Shown piece by piece: positions 21,801 to 33,300 of a stretch of 64,000 nt of DNA. The position numbers and the translations under genes were made by a program. The stretch's first letter is position 1. Each line of letters starts with the position of its first letter. Under the pieces are notes generated by a model. That model did no database searches, had not been told where the DNA came from, and saw nothing but the letters and a program-made list of their open reading frames with translations. This stretch comes from Octopus vulgaris (taxonomy: Eukaryota), in NCBI GenBank assembly GCA_951406725.2, contig OX597833.1, positions 44,764,001-44,828,000 on the forward strand, written 5' to 3'.

Positions 21801-24800
21801 GCACCGCCTTTAATTGAGCAACTCGATCCCGGGGCTTATTCTTTGTAAGCCCAGTACTTATTCTATTGGTCTCTTTTGCCGAACCGCTAAGTGACAGGGA
21901 CATAAACACACCAGCATCGGTTGTCAAGCAATGCTAGGGGCACAAACACAGACACACAAACATACACACACACGCACACACACATATATATCTACATATA
22001 TACGACGGGCTTCTTTCAGTTTCCGTCTACCAAATCCACTCACAAGGCTTTCGTCGGCCCGAGGCTATAGTAGAAGACACTTGCCCAAGGTGCCACGCAG
22101 TGGGATTGAACCCGGAACCATGTGGTTGGTAAACAAGCTACTTACCACACAGCCACTCTTGCATAACATTGTCTAAGCAAAATGGTAATATCTTATTTTC
22201 ATTCTCTCTAAACAAGACATCCTGCAGCTCTACACTTTCAAAAGCCAGTAGAATTAAAATGTGTTGAAAAACAGGTGAAGTTTGACAATAGGAAGGGTTT
22301 CCTGCTGTAAAATACTGCCTTCACACTTCAGAATTCAGATTACTCTGTTAAATGTAATGCATATTTATTCACATTGTACTGAATTAGTCTTGCATTATCT
22401 TGTAGCTTCAAAACTTCAATGATGTGATTGTTTATTTTTCAAATGACAGTGTAGGGTAGATGGCTTGGACTCGATATGGCTTGTTTAAATGTTAAGCATC
22501 TGTCTCATCCTTACCTGAATGGAAAAACTGACAGAAAATCAAATCTGGAATGTAACTAGATATAACTGGGTGAGCTTGATATGGATAATGTTCTGTTTCA
22601 GCTCTAATTGTTGAATAGAATGCATGTCTGTGTGTGTGTGTGTGTGTGTGTCAGTGTACCTGTTGTATTTGAGTTTAAAATGTAGGTTTTATTTCACTAA
22701 TGTGCAGAGTAGAAGCAGCAAACCTACTGAGATGGTACAAGCATTTTTTTTTTTTATTTTTACTTGTTTCAGTCATTTGACTGTGGCCATGCTGGAGCAC
22801 CACCTTTAGTCAAGCAAATCGACCCCGGGACTTATTCTTTGTAAGCCCAGTACTTATTCTATCGGTCTCTTTTGCCGAACCACTAAGTTACGGGGACATA
22901 AACACACCAACATTAGTTGTCAAGCGATGTTGGGGGGACAAACACACACAGAAACATATACACACACATACATACATTTATATGTATATATATATGTATG
23001 TGTATGTCTGTGTTTGTCCCTCTAGCATTGCTTGACAACCGATGCTGGTGTGTTTACGTCCCCGTCACTTAGCGGCTCGGCAAAAGAGACCGATAGAATA
23101 AGTACTGGGTTTACAAAGAATAAGTCCCTGGGTCGATTTGCTCGACTAAAGGCGGTGCTCCAGCATGGCCGCAGTCAAATGACTGAAGCAAGTAAAAGAG
23201 TATACGTATGTGTTTGTGTTTCCCCCACTTGCTACTTCTCAACCAGTGTTGGTTTGTTCACATCCACATAGCTTGATGGTTTAGCAAAAGAGACTAATAA
23301 AATAAATACCAGACAAAAAAAAAAATGAAAGTTCTAGGGGCATGATTTGTTTGATTAAAAACCCTTCAAGGAAGTGCCCCAGCATGGCCACCAGTCAGTG
23401 ACTGAAACAAGTAAAAAATAAAAGATGTCCGTGCTTGTGCTTGTTGCCCCACAATCCCCGCTTGATTTGCAACTGGTGTTGGTTTATTTATGTCCCCATA
23501 ACTGAGCAGTTCAGCAAGAGACTGATAGAATGAATACCACACTTTAATAAAATAAGTACTGCAGTCAATTTGTTCAGCATGTCCACAGTCAAACGAATGA
23601 AGTAAGTAAGACATAAGATACATGAAAATAAATTTTAGTGACTATCAAGGTGAAAGACAAATGAAAATGTACTCTTATTTTAGGATATTGACTGTCTTAG
23701 TAGTAAGTAAAAAGGTCAATGAATTGACAATTACAGGTTGTCTGCCAGCCATTGAAAAGAACAACAAAAGCAAAATGTATCATATAAATTGTTTAGTGTC
23801 TGAGTTGAAGAGGTGAGATTATCAATGAAATGGTTCCTCCCCTAACATGTTAACAGTAGGTTAATTAAAGTCCATGACAAAATGAGATACGTTTAATTTA
23901 TTAGTGTTTTTTGTATCCGGGTATGAAACAAAAATAGTTAAAATAAGATTTACGTCTGAAAAAAATAATAGATCTACTTTGACTAGTTGTTGAACATTTC
24001 TTCAAGAGATTGGTATTTGTATGAAAGGGAAAAGGAATCTACTATTGAGGACTCTTGTAACAAACCAAAAAAAAATTCTCAACCACATGGTTCCAGGTTC
24101 ACTCCCACTGCATGGCTTCTACAATAGCTTTAGGATGACCAGAGCGTTGTAAGTGGATTTGGTAGATGAAAACTGAAAGAAGCCTGTCATATATATATTT
24201 TTTGCCATGTTTCAGTCATTTGACTGTGGCCATGCTGGAGCACTGCCTGGAAGAATTTTAGTCGAACTAAACAACCCCCAGCACTTTTTTTCTTTCTAGA
24301 CCAGATACTTAACCTGTCGGTCTCTTTTGCCAAACCACTAAGTTATGGGGACATAGATACACCAACACTGGTTGTCGAGTGGTTGTAGAGGACACGCACA
24401 CACACATGTATATATACAGGGTGCACCAAAATGATCTGACACATTTGGAGGCTTAATAAAAGCACAAAATGATGAAAAGAAAAATTTTATTTTCTGAATG
24501 TACTTATAATGCCATTTTATTTACTCTTTTACTTGTTTCAGTCATTTGACTGCGGCCATGCTGGAGCACCGCCTTTAGTCGAGCAAATCAACCCCGGGAC
24601 TTATTCTTTGTAAGCCCAGTACTTATTCTATCAGTCTCTTTTGCCGAACCGCTAAGTAACAGGGACGTAAACACACCAGCATCGGTTGTCAAACAATGCT
24701 AGGGGGACAAACACAGACACACAAACACACACACACATATATACATATACATATATACGACGGGCTTCTTTCAGTTTCCGTCTACCAAATCCACTCACAT

Positions 24801-25693
24801 GGCTTTGGTTGGCCCGAGGCTATAGTAGAAGACACTTGCCCAAGATGCCACGCAGTGGGACTGAACCCGGTACCATGTGGTTGGTAAGCAAGCTACTTAC
24901 CACACAGCCACTCCTGCGGTAAGTTTTAAAAATTAAATCAGCTAAATGCTTCCCATCATTGTCAACATACTGTTGGAGACGTTCATGAAAGTTATCGATA
25001 ACTCTATGGATCATTTCTTCTGGAATGGTGAAATGTGATTTCTTCTTGTGGGGATATTTAAAATCAAAAGTATTGAATGATCTATTGATGAATTAAAACG
25101 TGAAATTTGTGTAGAAATAGCAATCATTCCAGAAGAAATGATCCATAGAGTTATTGATAACTTTCATGAACGTCTCCAACAGTATGTTGACAATGATGGG
25201 AAGCATTTAGCTGATTTAATTTTGAAAACTTAATGAAATGAAATGGCATTATATGTACATTCAGAAATAAAATTTTTCTTTTCATTATTTCTTATTTTGT
25301 GCTTTTATTAAGCCTCCAAATGTGTCAGATCATTTTGGTCCACCCTGTGTGTATATGTGTGTGTGTGTATAAATGTGTTGGTGTATCTATGTCCCCATAA
25401 CTTAGTGGTTTGGCAAAAGTGACTGATAGGATAAGTATCTGGTTAAAAAAGAAAATAAGTGCTGTCTGATGACTGAAACATGGTTAAAGATAAGGTTGTT
25501 TTTTTTTTTTTTTAGTTCAAGTGGAACATTTCTATTTAAAAGCTTCTGAGTAAGACTGTATTTGTATTTAATTAGTCTGTTTAACAGACATTATAAAAAC
25601 AGGTACATTAGTAGGCATTATGCTTTGTGATGTTTAGTTTCATGTTTTTATGTTCTTAGTTCAAATGCCAGACTTTCTAGCCAAGGCCGTGCA

Positions 25694-25725
<32 letters not shown>

Positions 25726-26134
25726 AATATATATATCTGTGTATATTTAAAGGGCTAAAAAAACCACTATCTGGTTAGCCATATGCTAGAAGTAGATCAC
25801 CTGCAATCAAACTACAAAGAAAAGAATGTTCTCTAGAGAAAAATTCAGCGGACACCAGATCAATATGCGAGCAAGACAGATGAAAATTATATAAAAAACA
25901 AGTGGTTTTTTAGCCCTTTAAATATACACATGTATTAGAATTTTCTCTGATTCTTCAGATTTTTGTATGCTAAGCTACTGGTTTTAAATTGATATTAAAT
26001 TAATATTCAATTTATCTCCCTCTTTATTTAAATATATATATATATATAGAGTTTATGAAAAAAACAAAAGACGAAGACAGGTGGTATACAAAACAAACAG
26101 ATGTATTAGTATAACGCTCAGGAATAGAAAAAGT

Positions 26135-26177
<43 letters not shown>

Positions 26178-26951
26178 TTATGTATACGTATAGTCAATTC
26201 AAAAAACGCAGTGAAAAAGAAAAAGAACAAACAAATATGTGGATGTGGCACAAACAATGTATTAATAAAACACTCAAAGAGGAAAAGAGTAGTAGTTTTA
26301 TGTTTTAAGCATTAGCTCTTCTTCAGGAACAGGAAAGTCTAAGACAAAAGAAGGAAAAGGAATCACCAACAATCATGTGCAGTTACATTTCTGAAGTGAC
26401 CAGAAGTAAAAGGACAGAAGAGTGTGAAAATGGTCAGTGTGTGTGAAATATATAATAGAAGCATCACTAGTGTAATAAACATTATCAACCACTCATACTT
26501 AACATACATAATTTGTGTATTTGCCAGTAGGCTGTGATTTGGCATGGTGAGGGCTATTCTCTCAAAATATCAATTGTTAAAACAACTGAATATCATGGAC
26601 AGGCAAGAAGACTCCTCGAGTCTCATCAATGTCCATCATTTGGGGTGAGTTGACTTTAGGGGGTTTTAACAGCCGGCACGTTGAAAAAGTAATCTCCACC
26701 ACACCAAATCACAGCCTGCTGGCAAATATACATTTCACATGCATTGAGTATGCATGGTCAGTAATGTTTATATGATAGATCATTAACCACTACACACATT
26801 TTTTTCTCTCCGTGTTTTTTCTGTGTCCTTTTCTGTAGAAGAGCATAGGCTCGAAACGTAAAAGACTTTTTCTATTCCTGAGCATTATACTAATACATCT
26901 GTTTGTTTTGTACACCACCTGTCTTCATATTTTGTTTTTTACGTAAACTCT

Positions 26952-27004
<53 letters not shown>

Positions 27005-27292
27005 AGATCGTTAGCCACTACACACATTTTTTTTTCTCCTTGTTTTTTCTGTGTCCCTTTCTGTAGAAGAGCATAGGCTCGAAACATAAAGGACTTTTTC
27101 TATTCCTGAGCGTTATACTAATACATCTGTTTGTTTTGTATACCACCTGTTTTCATCTTTTGTTTTTTTTTTCGTAAACTCTCCCTCTATATATATATGT
27201 ATATATATAGGCACAGTAGGATTTCTCTATATGAACATAATCCATTCTAGGGCCCAGTTTGTTAACCAAAGTATTCACTACATGAGTAACTG

Positions 27293-27339
<47 letters not shown>

Positions 27340-30300
27340 CGATGGGCTTCTTTCAGTTCCCGTCTATCTAATCCACTCACAAGGCTTTGGTCGGCCTGCA
27401 GCTATAGTAAAAGACACTTGCCCAAGGTGTCATGCAGTGGGACTGAACACAGAACCATGTGGTTCATAAGCAAGCTACTTACCACACAGCCACTCCTTCG
27501 TTGATAAAATTTCTACTTGTTGACTGGATATAATTTTCTTCAAAAAACCTATTTGCTACACAATTTGTTTATTTAGCATGCTTTCGTATAAAGCTTTCCC
27601 AACACTTACATTTGTGTGTAATCTACTTTGGGTTTGTTGTTCAAATATCAGCTCTTTAAGCAAATGGGTTCCCAGTAAATTATCTGTGTATGTAGTCTGC
27701 TCTTTGTTCATTTTAGCATGTTATGCAAGAGTAATTTTCTGAAGGAAATTACAGAAAAACTGTTATTCAATTTGTTTGTAATTTATCACTTCTGATGAAC
27801 ATCCTCACATTTGTTTGTTTTTTTCAAGTGGCTGTGTGGTAAGTAGCTTGTTTACCAACCACATGGTTCCGGGTTCAGTCCCACTGCGTGGCACATTGGG
27901 CAAGTATCTTCTGCTATAGCCTCGGGCCGACCAAAGCCTTGTGAGTGGATTTGGTAGACGGAAACTGAAAAGAAGCCCGTCGTATATATGTATATGTATG
28001 TGTGTGTCTGTGTTTGTCCCCCTAGCATTGCTTGACAACTGATGCTGGTGTGTTTATGTCCCCGTTACTTAGCGGTTCGGCAAAAGAGACTGATAGAATA
28101 AGTAATGGGCTTACAAAAGAATAAGTCCCGGGGTCGAGTTGCTCGATTAAAGGCGGTGCTCCAGCATGGCCGCAGTCAAATGACTGAAACAAGTAAAAGA
28201 GTATATATATATATAGAGAGAGAGAGATACATACACACATGAGAAAGGTAGATAGAAATGAGATTTCTTTATCCAAAGTGCTCTTCCTTTTAAAAGACAC
28301 TAGAATGTGATTTGAGTGAGATCTGGTTTCTATTTTAATTGACAGTCTCCTTTGCCATAACAGCCAAATTAGTGTCCTTGTTCATGTGTTAAGCACCAAT
28401 TTCTATGAGCAATATTTGAGAAGAAAAGACATTCTAAAGGCAACAATTCCTCTTTGAAAATCCTCTTGGAATCAGTTGTGATTCACATAATACTTAATTA
28501 TTCACAAAACCCTTTAAAACTTAAAGACTAGGCTAATCTCTTTTACTCTTTTACTTGTTTCAGTCATTTTGACTGCAGCCATGCTGGAGCACCGCCTTTA
28601 GTCGAACAAATTGACCCCAGGACTTATTCTTTGTAAGCCTAGTACTTATTCTATCAGTCTCTTTTGCGGAACCGCTAAGTTACGGGGACGTAAACACACC
28701 AGCATCGGTTGTCAAGCGATGTTGGAGGCACAAACACAGACACACAACATACACACACATACATATATATATATACATATATACGACGAAGACATTTTCC
28801 CAAGGTGCCACGCAGTAGGACTGAACTCGGAACCATGTAGTTAGTAAGCAAGATACTTACCACACAGCCACTCCTATGCCCAATCTGTTGAGAAAAATCA
28901 CAAAAATCTATTTCATATGTCTGTCTCTCCAGATACGCTTTAACCTGAAATTACCCCCTGATTCAGTGAGACAGCCTTCCTTTTTTTAAATGATCTAAAT
29001 TAAAATCTTCCATAAAAATTTCATGTTGATTTATGTTACAAATACCAGCTTAATAATGAGAAAGTTATTTTACTAAATTCTTCATTATTTTTAAAATAAA
29101 TTGAAACAAAAGCAGTGTTTTTGACATGGGCACAAGAGTGGCTGTGGTAAGTAGTTTCCTTACCAACCACATGGTTCCGGGTTCAGTCCCACTGTGTGGC
29201 ACCTTGGGCGAGTGTCTTCTACTACTGCTAGCAAATACACATTTCACATGCATTGAGTATGTATGGTCAGTAATGTTTATATATATATATATATATATAT
29301 ATAGATAGATAGACAAAGTGGATTTTGTAGACAAAAACTGAAAGAAGCCCGTCGTATATGTATATATATATATATATATTTATGTTTGTGTCTGTGTTTG
29401 TCCCCCCACCCAACATCGCTTGGCAACCGATGCTGGTGTGTTTATGTCCCTGTAACTTAGCAGTTTGGCAAAAAAGAACAATAGAATAAGTACTAGGCTT
29501 TCAAAGAATAAGTCCTGGGGTCGATTTGCTCAACGAAAGGCGATGCTCCAGCATGGCCGCAGTAAAACTTAAAAATTTAATAAAAGTTATTTTATTAAAT
29601 TTTTCATTATTTTCTAAATAAATTGAAACAAAAGCAGTGTTTTTGACAGAAATTTTAAGAAAGGGTTACCACTATCCCTTGGCCCTGTGGTGCTTTTATT
29701 GCAATCTACCCTTTTGCAAGCATTTGGACCAGATATCCAATTTGAGGATAACTTTGTCTTAATGTACCTTTTACCGACTGCACTTCCGTTGTATGGGGCT
29801 TTCTGTTTGTTACAGGATTCAGTGGAGTTGTGTCACCAGATTTGACTGAGGCCTAATTCCGTGACTAACCTTGAGAGACTGTTTTTTCAAGTGAACACAG
29901 CTATTGACTTCCTGCTGGGCTGCTTCCACATTTTAAAGTTAACTGAAACCCACAATTTATATCTTCCTTCCTTTTCCACAATAGTCATGGAAATCTTGCA
30001 AAAATCATTGGTGCTGCCTTCTTGTCGCTTGGCAGTAAATATAGAAAAAAAGTTTTGCCATTTTTAAACAATATAAAAAAATTTTTCAAACTAAAACATT
30101 TTATCATAGAAGCAAATTTCAATAGTTGTACTTAGATGTACTTGTTCTTTTGAAAGGCCAATTTTGTATCTTGTAGTCTCATTTACATTTCTGTATGATG
30201 TATCATCAGAAAATATAACATTTAGATTCATTAAAAAGAATAGAGAACAATTTAAAGTTCAACTGGTAAAGGGTTAATGCATTTAATACTGGGACAGTAG

Positions 30301-33300
30301 AATTTTAGAAAATCAACTAGGAAAAAGTAGCTAGCATATTTAAGATGCTATACTTCTAGGTTACTTAGTTTTTTTGTTTAAGTTGTTGAGGTAATAATAT
30401 TGAAAGGAGATATATATTTAACATTTGCTTTGTGGGGTGATACTGAAGAAAGTTTATGTAAAATGATGATCCTCATGTTTTTGCAACTGCATTTGTTTTG
30501 TTTCAATTACATCTTCAAACTCGAAGCGATAAGATTCGTTTCAGCTTCACATGACTGCTTGGTACTAGGCGACTTCAACGCTCCCACGATCGATTGGCCC
30601 GCATCAATTTGTACAACATCTTCCCGGTTCGGCCAGGCCCTTCTTGACGTGGCTGAAGATTGTTTTCTATCGCAACATGTTGAATATCCGACAAGGCATC
30701 GGTCTGGGCAGCAGCCATCTATGCTAGATCTGGTATTCTCCCGCTATCCAAGATCAGTGTCAGACGTATCTGTGTGCGCCCCTCTTGCCAAGAGTGATCA
30801 TGCGGTCCTGAAGTTCGTCATGCACACAACTTTTTCCACGCCCACGATTACTTCGTTGCCACGTAGAGTCTTCTCTGCAATTAATCTTGAAATTCTAACC
30901 GAGGCTTCCACGCTTCTGGACTGGCGTTCCCTGATGACGTTGTCCTCAGTTGACGAACTATGGTCATCCCTCAAAGCATATGTAATCTGTTTGACTGACC
31001 AGGCAGTTCCCGTTGGACTTCCCAAGAGGAAGAAACACAAGCCCTGGGTGATGAAGAAGGTTAAACGAGAACGTCGACTCAGAGATATTGCTTGGGCTGA
31101 ATTCAAAAATCTGGATTCGACTGCAGCTTTTGAGGTGTACAAAACTCAACGAGACCGAGCCGTGAAAATTGAAAAGAAAGAACGCTTCAGTTATGAATAC
31201 AAAATCGCGGCAAATGCCAGTAGCAATCCAAAAACCTTCTTTGCCCATGTCCAGCGGAAATCCCGCTTGAACAACCAGATTGCAACGTTGGTAGACTCAA
31301 CAGGCGTATCGATTGAGGACCCTTATCAACAGAGTCAATTATTTGCCGAGGCTTTTTCAACTATTTTCAAACAAGATGATGGTCGTGAACCCCCTCCATT
31401 TGATAGATCGGTACCTCCAATGCTTCGATTGATCATCACGCGGGACCAAGTCAAACATGTTATTCAAGGGCCACGGCCCTGACGGCATACACCCACGGGT
31501 TATCAAAGCGTTGGCTCCGGTCATCTGCGAGCCCTTAACACGACTATTCAATATGTCATTGGCGACGGGTGTTATACCTGCAGACTGGAGAACAGCGATA
31601 ATCTGCCCAATTTTCAAGAAAGGGAGCCGCGAAGACCCGCTTAACTACCGACCGGTTTCCCTTACATCAATAATCAGCAAGATGTTCAAAACCATCCTTA
31701 AGAAAAGTATGATGCTCCACCTCCTAAACACAGCCTCGATCACTGATTCCCAACACGGCTTCGTGCCGAAGAGATCATGCTTGACCAACTTACTAGTAAT
31801 GGAAGAATTGGTGACGCGCATCCTCGATGATAGTGATGCTGTTGACATCGTTTTATTGGACTTTGCCAAAGCTTTTGACTCGGTAAACCACCGCCTACTA
31901 CTTGTCAAGCTTCAAGCATATAGTTTCCATCCGGATATTGTACGATGGGTTGGTGCCTTCTTCTCAGATCGCTCCTTCCAAGTTCAAGTTAATGGTTCGC
32001 GGTCCGACGTCTCCAGTGCGAGCAGTGGCGTGCCTCAAGGTTCAGTGCTTGGGCCCTTGTTGTTCTTAGTCTTCATAAATGACTTGCCCGACGACCTCAC
32101 GCAACACACCCTTCTATTTGCCGACGATATCAAACTGGTCGCTCCTCGCGGTAGTATAAAGGATCTTCGTCGATGCCTCCACCAAATTTGGAAGTGGTCT
32201 AACGATTGGGACCTGTGTCTGAACGTGTCAAAGTGCTGTCATCTGCCTGTCGGCTCTACTCCTGCAACTCGACTTGATTTCGAGCCGGGTCGTCTGCTGC
32301 TGGAGAGGACCGATCAGGTAAAGGACCTGGGTATCTTGGTGGATTCCTCCTTTTCGCCTTCGGCCCAGTGCGTCCATGCTGCCAACAAAGCGCGCGGAAT
32401 TCTGTTTTTGATTCGACGGTCATTCGGAATGCTCACAGCAGCCATATTCCTGCCACTCTATGTCACGCTGGTGAGACCCATATTGGAGTATGGGATTCAA
32501 GCCTCTTCTCCTTATCTCCTCAAAGACATACAGCACCTCGAAAGAGTCCAGAGGCTGGCTACCCGCATGGTTCATGGTCTCAAAAATTTGTCCTACGAAG
32601 AAAGGCTGAGGACGCTCAACCTTTGTTCTCTTGAAAAACGCCGCCGCCGTGGTGATCTCATTCTTGCCCACAACATCATAAGCGGGAAGTGTAACCTCTC
32701 GAAGGAGCTGTTCTTCACTCCTGCTCCGGAGCGTCGGCTGCGGGGTCATTCCGAAAAGCTCTACCTGCGACGATTTCATCTCAATCGAAGGAGAGGAGCT
32801 TTCTCCGTCCGGGTTGCAGATCCGTGGAACAAGCTGCCAGACGAGATGGTGAAGATGCCGACGACCGCTTTGTTCAAAGCCTCCCTGGACCTCAAGTGGC
32901 CTGAACTCTTTACCTGAACACCACCCTGTACTTAACTCCATGTCCCCCTACATGGCCTTGCTATTTGCTTTTGAGCCAAATTAACTAACTAACTAACTAA
33001 CTAAATTATTGTGTTCCAAACACCAACTTAATGATAATGAAGTCATCATCGTTTAACGTCCGTTCTCCATGCTAGCATGGGTTGGACGGTTCGACCGGGG
33101 ATCTGGGAAGCCAGAAGGCTGCACCAGGCTCCGGTCTTATCTGGCAACGTTTCTACAGCTGGATGCCCTTCCTAACGCCAACCACTCCGTGAGTGTAGTG
33201 GGTGCTTTTTACGTGCCACCTGCACTGGTGCCAAGCGAGGCTGGCATCGGCCACGGTCGGATTGGTGCATTTTATGGAAGCCAGTCGAGGCGGCACTGGC

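Noticed and set aside
30400-30519. N-terminal extension of ORF 30400..31482 suggesting a host-LINE fusion protein
   Set aside because: Non-ATG start in AT-rich flank that is duplicated at 33740; a chance open frame upstream of the 5'-truncated LINE junction.
32420-32941. 173-aa antisense ORF (and other antisense ORFs over the LINEs)
   Set aside because: Shadow frames of GC-rich RT coding sequence with no recognisable motifs.
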